The notes beneath the pieces are model-generated. The model was not told the DNA's origin. It ran no database searches and was given only the letters and a program-made list of their open reading frames with translations. The translations under genes and the position numbers were made by a program. DNA of 48,841 nt from Octopus bimaculoides (lineage: Eukaryota): NCBI RefSeq assembly GCF_001194135.2, contig NC_068985.1, positions 114,213,573 to 114,262,413 on the forward strand, given 5' to 3'. Shown here piece by piece: positions 11,796 to 24,285 of this stretch. How positions within the stretch are numbered: the stretch's first letter is position 1; every line of letters begins with the position of its first letter.

Positions 11796-12421
11796 TATCT
11801 GTTTATCTATCCATTCATCCATCCATCCAGTCTATCTATCTACCTAGCTATCCAGCCATGCAACCCCACCGCCAGTCAATCTGTCTATCTATCTACATTC
11901 TTCTTTCAATTCCTCTTCATGCCTTCCTCTGTCCATTCACCCTTTCACACATGTCTCCATTACTCTGTCTATCTTCATCCATCCATCCATCCATCGATCT
12001 ATCAGTCTATCCCTTCATGAATTTTGTCTATCACTCTAATCCCTCCATATACCTACCTATTCTTTTACACTTCTATCTACCTACTTACCTACCTATCTCT
12101 CCATACATCTAGCTACCAGTGCATCCCTGAATATATCAGAATCTGACCATACTTCCATATTTATGTATCCCTCTCTGTCTCCATTCCTCCCGCTCTCTCT
12201 CCCTCCCTCCATCCATCCATCCATCTCTTCCTTCCTCTCTCTATCCAGCTATTAATTTCCATATCTATTCACGTGTCCATCTCTTAAGTGCATCCCTGTA
12301 TCCCTCTAACTCTATCAGACTATCTTTCACTACACACCTCAGGTTTCAATATCTTTCTCTTTTACCTCCCACTATTTGATCTATACCTAACTACCTATAT
12401 AACATACATACAGGTCTGCTC

Positions 12422-12467
<46 letters not shown>

Positions 12468-13461
12468 TGAGAGAGAGAAAGAGAGAAACTACTAGGGCCA
12501 CACCACCACTACTACTACAACTACTAATCTACAGTGGCTGATATTTTATCTGTCTGTTTAGATCTAATGATCTGTCGTCTTTTTAATCTCTCTGTATCTA
12601 TCCATTTATCCAACTATCTGTGAGCTTCTTATTTCTCAATTTGTTTCACCTATCGCACTATTCACCTACTTGTCGACCATCATAGCCAGTTAGTTATCTG
12701 CCAATTCCATTATACACACACATGTATATATGTACGTCCATATATATAGGTATATATGGCTATACATGCACACACTTACACANNNNNNNNNNNNNNNNNN
12801 NNNNNNNNNNNNNNNNNNNNNNNNNNNNNNNNNNNNNNNNNNNNNNNNNNNNNNNNNNNNNNNNNNNNNNNNNNNNNNNNNNNNNNNNNNNNNNNNNNNN
12901 NNNNNNNNNNNNNNNNNNNNNNNNNNNNNNNNNNNNNNNNNNNNNNNNNNNNNNNNNNNNNNNNNNNNNNNNNNNNNNNNNNNNNNNNNNNNNNNNNNNN
13001 NNNNNNNNNNNNNNNNNNNNNNNNNNNNNNNNNNNNNNNNNNNNNNNNNNNNNNNNNNNNNNNNNNNNNNNNNNNNNNNNNNNNNNNNNNNNNNNNNNNN
13101 NNNNNNNNNNNNNNNNNNNNNNNNNNNNNNNNNNNNNNNNNNNNNNNNNNNNNNNNNNNNNNNNNNNNNNNNNNNNNNNNNNNNNNNNNNNNNNNNNNNN
13201 NNNNNNNNNNNNNNNNNNNNNNNNNNNNNNNNNNNNNNNNNNNNNNNNNNNNNNNNNNNNNNNNNNNNNNNNNNNNNNNNNNNNNNNNNNNNNNNNNNNN
13301 NNNNNNNNNNNNNNNNNNNNNNNNNNNNNNNNNNNNNNNNNNNNNNNNNNNNNNNNNNNNNNNNNNNNNNNNNNNNNNNNNNNNNNNNNNNNNNNNNNNN
13401 NNNNNNNNNNNNNNNNNNNNNNNNNNNNNNGAACCAGTTCTACTCCTTTCTGTCGGTCTAC

Positions 13462-13807
13462 CTAACTCTGCATCTATATCTATCTATCTATCTATGCATA
13501 TTGTCTATCTATCTATCTCTGTATCTTGTCTATCTATTTATGCATCTTGTCTATCTATCTATCTAACTATGCATCTTGTTTATCTATCTATGCATCTTGT
13601 TTATCTATCTATGCATCTTGTCTATCTATCTATCTATGCATCTTGTCTATCTATCTATCTATGCATCTTGTCTATCTATCTATCTATCTATCTATGCATC
13701 TTGTCTATCTATCTATCTATCTATGCATCTTGTCTATCTATCTATCTATGCATCTTGTCTATCTATCTATCTATCTATGCATCTTGTCTATCTATCTATG
13801 CATCTTG

Positions 13808-13843
<36 letters not shown>

Positions 13844-13863
13844 ACTCTGCATCTATATCTATA
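13462..13863. repeat. Compound VNTR: atgcatcttg + variable (tcta)n, bounded by a ~22-bp direct repeat
   Basis: ctaactctgcatctatatctat occurs at 13462-83 and 13842-63. Confidence 0.9.
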
Positions 13864-14732
13864 TATACCTCCATATTACATTCGTTTGTTTCCCTCATCG
13901 ACCCACCTCTCTATTAAAACTGCATCTCTTCAGCAGTTTTCTCTCTCTCTCTCTCTCTCTCTCTCTTGTCATAGAATCATAAATCTAAAAACCTTTCCTG
14001 CTTTCCACTTCCCCTAGCCCATTTATCCCTTTATTGATAGGAAAAAATAGAGAGAACAAGAGTGAGAAGCTACTTGTTTCGCCATCAAGTAACCAATATT
14101 GGCTCACAACATCCTACAGAGTTAGCAACAGATATTTATTTACATCTAACAAATTTTATATATCTCGGGATATTGTGGTACACTATAGAGAAATGAATTA
14201 AACCGCATTGTGTAACAATAGCAATATCTTGTAAAAGCATAATAGCCCAGCTTATTCATTTTTTTTCTTTTTTTTTTTTTTACAGAGAGGAAGTGCATAG
14301 CTAATTTGACCAATTCAGTATAGCACCGATGCTGTATTTGGCTGGTGCATTCCATTCCACATCTTAGATTACTTAACTACAGAGAATGCTTTACCTATGA
14401 TATTCTATGAGGTAGAACGTATCTCTTACCTGCTTATCATCATAAAACGAACCAGTCAAGTACTGACCTTTAAAAGCTCACTGCTAAAATAGTTTATCCC
14501 CTACCCCCACCCCACTCTTACACCCACACACATAGCTGCAAAGGTACTTAATATATGAAGGTATGGTTTTAACCCTCACTAACTGAAACAAATTCCTTCA
14601 TATCTTGTACCAGTGGGACCACAGGATTGCCAGATAACTGAATTTTCTGGATATCTGATAATCTCTTTTTAAATTATATCAGCACTACAAAATTCATTAA
14701 ATTTCTCTCTCTCTCTCTCTCATTTTCTTTAT

Positions 14733-14805
<73 letters not shown>

Positions 14806-14872
14806 NNNNNNNNNNNNNNNNNNNNNNNNNNNNNNNNNNNNNNNNNNNNNNNNNNNNNNNNNNNNNNNNNNN

Positions 14873-15060
14873 CATGTTTCAGTCATGACTGGAGCCATGC
14901 TGGGGCACCGCCTTCAAGTAGTTTACGTGAACTAACCAACCCTAGTGCTTACATAGTTTTAAGCCTGGTACTTACTGCATCCATCACTTTTGCTGAACTG
15001 CTAAGCTACAGGGATATAAACATACCAGCACCATTGCCAAGTAGTGATGGGGAACGCATG

Positions 15061-15096
<36 letters not shown>

Positions 15097-15240
15097 ACAG
15101 GCTTCTATCTACCAAATCAACTTGCAAGGCTTTGGATGGCTCGATCTGTAGTAGAAGACACTTGCCCAAGGTGTCATGCAGTGGGACTGAGCCTGAAACC
15201 ATGTGTTTGGCAAGCAAGCTTCTTACCACACAACCACACC
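14873..15240 (-). mobile_element. SINE family A
   Basis: Reverse complement of the family A head (..cttcttaccacacaaccac) and tail (catgtttcagtcatgactggagccatgctgg). Confidence 0.75.
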
Positions 15241-15435
15241 TAAAACTATATATATTACACACACACACACACATCAGAATGATAATTAATATTCTAAATA
15301 TAGTAAAAATGGGAGAAATATTGTTTTAATGTTCACCAATTTTCCATCCTTGCATATGGGTCGGATGGAATTTGTTGAGACAAGTTTTCTACAGATGGAT
15401 ATCCTTCCTTTAACATTTAAACCTGGCATTATGAA

Positions 15436-15755
15436 GGTGCATGGCTCAGTGGTTAAGGTGTTGGATTCACTATCATGAGGTAGTGAGTTTGATTCCCAGA
15501 CTGGGCTCTGTGTTGTGTTCCCCAGCAAGACACTTTATTTCACGTTGCTCCAGTTCACTCCGCTGTAGAAAAGAATTGCAATGTCACTGGTGCCAAGCTG
15601 TATCGGACTTTGCCTTTTCTTTGGATAAGATCAGTGGCATGGAGATGGCAGGCAGTGTGCACGGGTGACTACTGGTCTTCTATAAACAACTTTGCTTGGA
15701 CTTGTGCCTAGGAGGGGAACTTTCTAGGTGCAATCCCATGGTCATTCATGACCGG
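15436..15755 (+). mobile_element. tRNA-derived SINE family D (CORE-like)
   Basis: Box A tggctcagtggttaagg and box B-like gagtttgattcc, then agcaagacactttatttcacgttgctccagttcactc. Confidence 0.7.
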
Positions 15756-16604
15756 CCCAAATATTCAATCTGTTTTATGTAAAAACAAGCTAGATCCAGC
15801 CTCTCACACCTACCCTGCAGCATCATTCTAAAACTTAGTAAGAACATCATCAAAATCTTGAAGCTACAAGATAATGCATGATTAATTCAAAACAATGTGA
15901 ATAATCAAGCATTTACATTTCACAGAGGAAGCTAAATGTGAAAGGGTTAAGTTAAGAACAAGTTTTATTAACCTAATAAGATACAGGTACTGAAAATGCA
16001 GTTAAAAGTAAAAGAAGAAACTGTTTAGTACTTTGAGAAGCAATGAACCATTTTATATCCACTAATTCCCTAATATCCAGCACCATTGAGACAGGAAGGT
16101 TGCCAGGTAACTGAATTTTTCAGATATCTGATCATCACTTTTTAAATTACAATAGCACCTTACAAAACTCATTAATTTAAGTAAAGAGCGAGTTTTATTA
16201 ACCTAATAAAATACAGTAAATGCAGTATAATAAAACACCACACTGTATTTTGAGAAGCAATGATCCATTTTAGATACAATAGAAATTCTCTTTTAATGAC
16301 GATTAATTGATTAACACAAATTAGTACAAATTCTTTACTATTTAACAAATTTTCTCTTTTTTTTTTCTTCTTTCTGGGTGCTGGTTGTTTGGGAGTTTCA
16401 GTTATTTGAGTACCGGATTAGAGGGAGTTTTCTAGACAACCCTAAAAGACTTCCTAAATCTGCCTATACTCAGCTATAAAATTATCCCAGTAATATGAGA
16501 ATATCAGAAATTTAAAGACAAGATTATCAAAGTGTATCAGATAGGCACAGGTTTGGTTGTGTGTTATATACATACATATACATAAATATACATATAAAAA
16601 TACA

Positions 16605-16702
<98 letters not shown>

Positions 16703-17789
16703 AATAAAAAAATTAAAACAGTGTTTGTATGATAGTGTATAGAGGAATATATTATTTAAAAGAGTTCCAACTCTGTTTTTTATGCTTTATTTATATTCTT
16801 ATAAAATTAATGTGGGATATAGAATGTGGAATATAAATAGTAAAATGAAATGAAGTATTGAATGTCTTATTGAATATATGAAATATTGAGTATTAAATAT
16901 ATATAGGGGCTAGTATACTTTCCTACACACACACAAATATATATACACACAAAAATACAAACATATATATGCATGTAAGTGTATACATATATGATGGGCT
17001 TTTTCAGTCTACCATATCCCCTCAAAAAGCATTAGTTGGCCCAGAGCTTTAGTAGAAAACACTACCACAAACTGCTGTGCAGTGGAACTGAACCTGGAAC
17101 CATGTGGCTGGGATGCGAACTTCTGAACCACAGAACCACACTGCCTGTGTCTTAAATATAATAAATATTTAAATATACTTAGACAGTATGACATTCAAGT
17201 ATTATAAGAAAGCATGGAACTCAGTAATGCTATGTCTGACAAGCCACACATATTGCACTCAAACACCTGCACCAACACAAACACACACACAGCATTGTTG
17301 GTCTATTCTGGGACTAAACTGTACATATTATGAAAGAATTGGACATATGTCAGGTACAGCCTGACAGTCAGGAATTGCCATGTCTATTTTGTTACACAAC
17401 CTGCTGCTGTACATGATTAATAAGTGTGGTTAAACTTGTTACAGTTACAGTGAAGATGAGTAAAATGGGATAAGTTGATGTGTGTGAGTGTGTGTGAGAG
17501 AGAGAAAGAGAGAAGGAGAGAAAGAGAGAAAGAGAGAAGGAGAGAGAGAGAGGGCACAAACAAGAGAGATATTAAGCAATCAGATTTATGATAAAAGTTA
17601 AAGGACATGACAGAACACCAGGGCAAATAATAATTTAATTTCTTCTTTCAAAGGTAGAAGCAGGACTGTGTGGTTAAGAAGTCTGCTTCCCAACCATTTG
17701 GTTGTGGGTTCAATTTCCACTGTGCAGCAGCACCATGGGCAAGTATTTCGTACTATACACCCTGGCCAACAAGAACCCTGTGGTATTCA

Positions 17790-18042
17790 CCGTTTCGTTT
17801 TCCTGTCTTGTTTTCCGTCCGCCACTATCCTCCACGAAAATGATTTAATTTGTGTTCGTGGGAAGAACCATTTCCACGATGCGTACTGCCTTAATTCTTC
17901 GAAACGCTGGTGTTTTAATGGTGGCAGCTGATGAAGGAGATGTTTCTATGTGGCTTGCTTGTTTGTTGTACCTTGTTTATCCTTTTGTCCATGTTCTTTT
18001 GCCACGTCATGTACCCAGTTATGTATCTGTGTGTACATGTGG
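17790..18042 (+). mobile_element. Fragment of a dispersed repeat carrying the hammerhead motif (possibly a Penelope-like terminal repeat)
   Basis: Its 3' part (tgtttctatgtggct...gtacccagttatg) is homologous to the reverse complement of 4632-4765. Penelope-like elements are known to carry hammerheads. No RT ORF is visible here. Confidence 0.45.
17881..17940 (+). ncRNA. Putative hammerhead ribozyme, non-circularly permuted (order GUH - GAAA - CUGAUGA)
   Basis: Core elements: GUA 17883-85, GAAAC 17901-05, CUGAUGA 17928-34. Stem I: CUGCC 17886-90 / GGCAG 17923-27. Stem II: UCUUC 17896-900 / GGAGA 17936-40. Stem III: GCGU 17881-84 / ACGC 17904-07. Confidence 0.6.
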
Positions 18043-18314
18043 NNNNNNNNNNTATATATATGAATATATATATAATTAAGGAGGCTAGATGTAATTTTAA
18101 ACCAAAAAAGGGAATAATTCACTATCACTAGTAAGTGACCAACAATGCAGGGAGCACCAACATTGCTAGAAATAAAAGTGAAAGACTCTTGATCATAAAA
18201 GCACATGTTCTATTTGCTGTCGATGGAGACACACTCATATATGTATATATGAGTGTGTTTGTGTCTCCTTGCCTTGACACTGCATGACAGTTGTAAGTGA
18301 AGTGTCACCATATA

Positions 18315-18690
18315 GGCATAGAAGTGGCTGTGTGGTAAGTAGCTTGCTTACCAACCACATGGTTCCGGGTTCAGTCCCACTGCATGGCACTTTGGGCAAG
18401 TGTCTTAAACTATAGCCTCGAGCCGACCAAAGCCTTGTGAGTGGATTTGGTAGACAGAAACTGAAAGAAGCCTGTCGTATATATATGTCTGTGTGTCTGT
18501 GTTTGTCCCCCCAACATCACTTGACAACTGATGGTGGTGTGTTTACGTCCCCGTAACTTAGCAGTTCGGCAAAAGAGACCGACAGAATAAGTACTAGGCT
18601 TACAAAGAATAAGTCCTGGGATCGATTTGCTTGGCTAAAGGCGGTGCTTCAGCATGGCCGCAGTCAAATGACTGAAACAAGTAAAAGAAT
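18315..18690 (+). mobile_element. SINE family A, near full length (tRNA-derived head, CORE-like segment, central microsatellite)
   Basis: Box A-like gtggctgtgtggtaag and box B-like ggttcagtcc are present, then tttgggcaagtgtctt and the tail ...gcatggccgcagtcaaatgactgaaacaagtaaaaga. About 20 homologous pieces occur in the window. Confidence 0.85.
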
Positions 18691-18704
18691 AATATATATA
18701 TATC

Positions 18705-18737
<33 letters not shown>

Positions 18738-18746
18738 AAGAGAGAA

Positions 18747-18781
<35 letters not shown>

Positions 18782-19356
18782 TAGGGATAAATTATCCAGG
18801 CGGATACCACATGAGCACTTGGTTATAATCTGGGCTCAGGCTAATCACATCGAGTTGTAAAGAGCACCTAGGATTACTTGGGGTAAGTAAGCCCACTGTA
18901 ATTCATCCGGTGAGTAAATCCTGTGTTTGCTTTGCTGGGTTATAAGTATTTCACTGAGACAAATATATCAATCTCTGAATTCACTGTAATAGTCTATACA
19001 TATGTGTGTGTGTGTGTGTGTGTGGAATAGCATGATAGTTGTAAATGAGTGTCACCATCACGCAAGGGGTATCTTTTGTTTCCAATCTTCTGTGAAAACA
19101 TGTCTGGTCATGGAGAAATAATTACCTTACTTGGAAACAGGTGAGGGTTGATGACAAAAAATAAACACACCTTAAATTCTGTCTGACACATGTCAGCAAG
19201 CTAAGTTGCATGTTAAGCTGATGATGATAATGATACTGATCTACATTCTATATGATCAGAGCTCTGAGGTAAGTTGACCTGCAGGAACAATCCATTTCAC
19301 CTGCTGACAGCTATTTAGTTTCATTACACTAGATAGGTGCTTTGTAGCTTAATTTA

Positions 19357-19456
19357 TAATTTGGTCACCTGACATGAATTGTTCAAGTCTAATTAGTAAG
19401 TTGGTCACCTGAAATGAAGTGCTCTAGTCTAATTGGTAATTTGGTCACCTGACATG
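19357..19456. repeat. 40-bp tandem repeat x2.5 containing ttggtcacctga
   Basis: ttggtcacct occurs at 19361, 19401 and 19441. Confidence 0.9.
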
Positions 19457-20578
19457 GTGGGTGGGCGAGCCTAATGGGGTGGGCTTGCTGTTAGCTTCTG
19501 TGTCAAATTGATATCTATATTGTTTTATATTATTTGCATTAAAATCATAAGAGCTAATTTATGGATTTGTAGCCTCTGTGCAGAATCAAAGCAAAATGGA
19601 AGAAAAAAAAAAAGTGGGTGTATAGTTAAGAAGCTTGCTATGGAATTGCATGGTTTCAGGTTCAGTCCTACTACATGGCACCTTGAGCAAGTATCTTCAA
19701 CTATACCAACGCCTTGTGAGAGAATTTGGTAGATGAATAACCATGTAGAAGCCAGCCATGTGTGCGTTTGTGTTCCTTTGTGATCATCCCTCCACTGTCA
19801 TTTGCCAACCAATGTCCTCATAAAAAAAGTGGCATAAAAAAATGGCAGTGTTGATGATCATTGAACGTTCTAGATTGTACTGGAATTTGTGTGATCGCAT
19901 GAAAGTCTATAAAGATTGCCCCTGCTTAGTTTTATTGGCCAGAGGTCTGCTCCTTCACAAATATGTGAAACATAGGAAAAGGTAGGCAAACTGGACAAGC
20001 AAGATGGGAGACAGGAGAGTTGGTGAGAGAATTACCCAGTCACCCTATCTGCATGAAAACAAGTAGTTCAGTAGATGGTATTATAATTGGTATTATAATA
20101 GATGGTATTATAATAGATGATATTATAATTGATGCAGTGAGACAAAAAAAATTGAATTAAAAATTATGAATGTTGCGAGGAGAGAAAAAATATCATTAGC
20201 ATTATTCTTTTACTCTGTTACTTGTTTCAGTTCTATGACTGAGTTAAGTCTGAAATCAGAATTGATTTAAATTAAGCAAACCATTAGCACAATGATGAAC
20301 TCTTGTCAATAAATGCAAGGGAAACAACTCTGAATTATGAATTAATTAAAAATAAGAATTTGTTCGATATCTAAGAGCTAAGGGAGTCATTCAAATAGTT
20401 TTGGTTTCTTTATCAGGACATACTGAAATAATGATTTATTTATTTATTTTCTTTCTTCATGACCCAAATATTAGTTTCTTTTTGTTCCCAATTGAACCGA
20501 TTTTATCAATGTAAACTACCACAAATACCTTCCGAGAATTCTATTTAATGAATACATTGATTTGTTGCCAATTTTCCA

Positions 20579-20647
<69 letters not shown>

Positions 20648-21084
20648 AAATTCCATTATCTGTTGACTAAGCTAGTTTCTAAGGTAGCCAATGTTAAGAA
20701 AAATGTTAAAAAAAAAAATAAACAAAAAATCAGACAACCATTAACTTGGTCTGATTTCTTGCTTGGCACTTTTAACCATTTGGTCTTTTGACATTGATTT
20801 TTTAGATATAACCTAACATCTAAAAATAGTCTGTAGTGGCTGTTTATGTTCTTAGTTCAGATCTTGTTTAAGCCAACTTGTTTTCAGCTTTGCTTCACAT
20901 CTTCCTGGGGGTCGATAAGTTTAAGTACCAGTTAAATACTACGTTGATTTAATGAATTTCTGTACTAAATTTTGTGGCTTTGTAACTGTGTCAGAAACAA
21001 ATTATTTTAAATGTTAGAAATAATAATAATGATGATAATGATTATCATTATTGTTGTTGCTATTACTACTGCTACTACTACTAC

Positions 21085-21133
<49 letters not shown>

Positions 21134-21442
21134 GATTATTATTACTAGCATTACCATCAACAAGGTGGTAAGCTGGCAGAATTGTTAGCATGCCTTGTAA
21201 AGCACTTAGTTCTGAGTTCAAATTCTGCTGAGGTCAACTTTGCCTTTCATTTCTTCAAGGTCAATAAGATAAGTACCAGTTAAGTACTGGAGTCAATGTA
21301 ATTGATTGGCACCCACCCTCCTTCGAAACTGCTGGTTTTGAACCAATTATTATCATTATATTAAGCCATTCTGCTTTAGGCACAAGACTTGAAATTTTGC
21401 AGGGAAGGGGCTAAACTAATACTGTTGGTAAATAATTAAGAC

Positions 21443-21481
<39 letters not shown>

Positions 21482-21949
21482 TGTGTGTTTATGCTTGCCC
21501 CACCATTGCTTAACAACCGATGCTGGTGTGTTTATGACCCCATAACTTAGTTCGGTAAAAGAGACTGATAGAATAAGTACTAGGCTTACAAAGAATAAGT
21601 CTTGGGGGTCGATATGTTTGACTAAAGGTAGTGCTCCAGCATGGCCACAGTCAAATGACTGAAGCAAATAAGAGAATAAAAGATTATATATACAAACACA
21701 CAAAGTCCATCAACTATTATTACCATAAGCATTATCAGCATTCCTTCAAGAATAAAACAGTTTTCATGTTGGTGGTGGTAGTGTTGGTAGTGATGGTGAT
21801 GGTATTGGTGGTGGTGGTGGTGATGGAGGTGGATTTTGTATGACTAATGACAATGGTAATGGACAGTGTTGCTGTTTATCCCTAGGTCTGCCTCTGATCA
21901 TGTGATGACAAGTATTAGAAAAAATCAAAAGTAGTATTGGTGCTATAGT

Positions 21950-22260
21950 CGTCATCATCATCATCGACAACATCATTAAATGTTCGTTTTCCAGGCTTTG
22001 ACTGGAACTGCTAAGCTGGAGAGCTGTGGTTTCTTCTGATTTAAAAGACCTTGGAATGGGGAATTTCAACCATGTTTCGTGGTCTGCTACCACAACAGCT
22101 CCTTTATAGGATCCAGTTAGCTCAAGACATCATCAGGAGGAACCACGTCCGGTTTCGGCCCCTACTCCTCTACCGTTTTGATGTGGCGGGGCCACCCCCT
22201 TTCGGAGGTGTCTTCAGCTCTGGTGTTGGGTGCATGTCTTTCACTGTTTTTGACTGTTCT
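21950..22260 (-). mobile_element. Probable RTE-like LINE 3' fragment with (GAT)n tail
   Basis: It ends cctggaaaacgaacatttaatgatg...gatgatgatg, like the family B tail. The body is GC-richer, with a degenerate KR.RSRGRNRTW reading. Confidence 0.4.
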
Positions 22261-22289
22261 AATTCAACTGTGGAATGTAGCACAACAGA

Positions 22290-22762
22290 GGTGGTAGTTT
22301 AGTAAGTAAGTGTATTGGCTGAAATAGTTGCTGTGGTAGTGAGTATGGTGGTAGTTGTTGATGCTGTCATTGATGTGACCTATGACCTAATAACAGGTAA
22401 GGCTAGTCCTGATGAATGTGATGGTGATGGTAGTAGCTATGGTGGTGGTGGTGGTGGTAGTGGTAATTATGGTGGTACTGCTGGTGAGTGTGATGATGAT
22501 GGCTGTAATAATATGACTAACAAGGTGTTTGTAGTGACTACTGTAGGGATAGTGGTGGTGGTGGTGGTGATGACTGTTGTAGCGCCAGTGATGGTAGTGA
22601 CTGATGTAGGAATAATGATAGCGGTGGTGGTAGTAGTGACTGTGCATGGCTAATGGTGGCAATGGTAAGCAAAGGAAAAATGGTGGTGGTGGTGGAATTG
22701 GTGGTGGTGGTGGTGGTGGAACTGGTGGTGGTGGTGGTGGTGGTGGAATCGGTGGTGGTGAT
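22290..22762. repeat. (GGT)/(GTA)/(GAT) trinucleotide low-complexity tract
   Basis: Directly visible. Similar tracts at 21770-21850 and 34310-34430; (AAT)n at 21085-21135. Confidence 0.9.
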
Positions 22763-22828
22763 AGTTGCAGATCATTTCTAACAAAAGGTCAGAACAGATC
22801 CAATGTAGTTCAACAGAGAGTAAAGATA

Positions 22829-22914
<86 letters not shown>

Positions 22915-23184
22915 GAAACAAAAAACAACTAATAAAAAAAACAACAAATAAACAAACATACCACCACCTCCCTTCAGACAGCCAGCCAGACAGACAGACA
23001 GCCATCAAACCATCTCTTTCCTCCATCACATAAATGTCAAATATACCCCCCACCCCCCACTTGGAAAAGGACAAGACAAGAAGGTTTGCAAGGTTTCAAA
23101 GTAAACATTAGAAATAGAGAAATAAAGATATAATACAGGAAAGGTTAGGGGTGGTAGGGGTATTTCATTCCCACACACCCACCT

Positions 23185-23533
23185 CACCTCCCAATTTGGA
23201 TTCTTAACGATCCTGATGATTTTTTTACCTTGTACTTTGGACTTTGGCTGTCTTGGGGCACTGCTCTAAGGTATGAGGATGTAAACAAACCAACACTGGT
23301 TGTTAAGCAGCAGCAGGGGGACAAACACAAAGATGCACACACACACACACACAGACATATATGCACACACATGCACATGATGAGCTTCCACAGTTTCCAT
23401 CTATTTAGTTCACTCACAAGGCATTGGTTAGCCTGGTGCTTTAGTAGAAGACACTTGCCCAAGGTGCCACACAGTGGAACTGAACCTAGAATCACATGGC
23501 TGCAAAGTAGGTTTTTTAACCACACAGTCATAC

Positions 23534-23535
<2 letters not shown>
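23185..23535 (-). mobile_element. SINE family A
   Basis: The reverse-complement head agacacttgcccaaggtgccacacagtggaactgaacc is present with a diverged tail. Confidence 0.7.
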
Positions 23536-23597
<62 letters not shown>

Positions 23598-23907
23598 CCA
23601 AGCTCATGCTACCAAATATATGGTGGGATATATTTAAGCATAAAGCAAATTGTGAGAGATGCAGATTTGTGTTGCTACACAGGAGCTATCTGTGTTCATA
23701 TGTATTGCATGTGTGCATGTGTGTGTGTGAGAAGACATGAAAATAACAGAGTTCATCAGTGAACTTAGATATGCTTGGATAAAAGAGAAAAGGAGAGAAA
23801 ACACCAGAAAACATGTGTACATGTATGATTTTAGTGAGTGCATGTGTGCATGTGCATGTATGTTTGCTATATTCATATGTGTGCATATGTATGAAATATA
23901 TACATAT

Positions 23908-24025
23908 ATGGTTCTGGGTTCAGTCCCACTGCGTGGCACCTTGGGCAAGTGTCTTCTACTATAGCCTCGGGCCGACCAAAGCCTTGTGAGTGGATTTGGT
24001 AGACGGAAACTGAAAGAAGCCCGTC

Positions 24026-24073
<48 letters not shown>

Positions 24074-24285
24074 GTGTGTGTGCGTGTTTGTGTGTCTGTG
24101 TATGTCCCCCCAACATCGCTTGACAACCGATGCTTGTGTGTTTATGAACTTAGCAGTTCGGCAAAAAGAGACTGCTAGAGTAAGTACTAGGCTTACAAAG
24201 AATAAGTCCTGGGGTCGATTTTCTCGACTAAAGGTGGTGCTCCAGCATGGCCGCAGTCAAAAAATGACTGAAACAAGTAAAAGAG
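23908..24285 (+). mobile_element. SINE family A, slightly 5'-truncated, young-looking
   Basis: Close match to 18315-18690, with an expanded (TA)n at the internal position. Confidence 0.85.

Noticed and set aside
11284-12112. 187-aa ORFs rich in YLSI/IYLH (also 13526-14017)
   Set aside because: They are translations of (TATC)n minisatellites with no domain similarity.
13462-13863. CRISPR-like look of repeat-spacer alternation
   Set aside because: The context is eukaryotic, the spacers are (tcta)n rather than unique, and there are no cas genes.
15436-15510. tRNA-like sequences (also 18315-18380, 27691-27760)
   Set aside because: They are SINE heads with A/B boxes. No intact cloverleaf is present, and each continues into a repeat body.
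14560-16540. Diverged local repeats (14580-14700 vs 16060-16180; 15960-16060 vs 16190-16270), possibly a Tigger-like relic
   Set aside because: Too degenerate to define termini or family by eye.
22646-22951. Poly-Gly ORF with regular GGA-ATT/ACT/ATC interruptions
   Set aside because: It is embedded in a GGT/GTA tract, runs into (CA)n, and has no splice or homology support.
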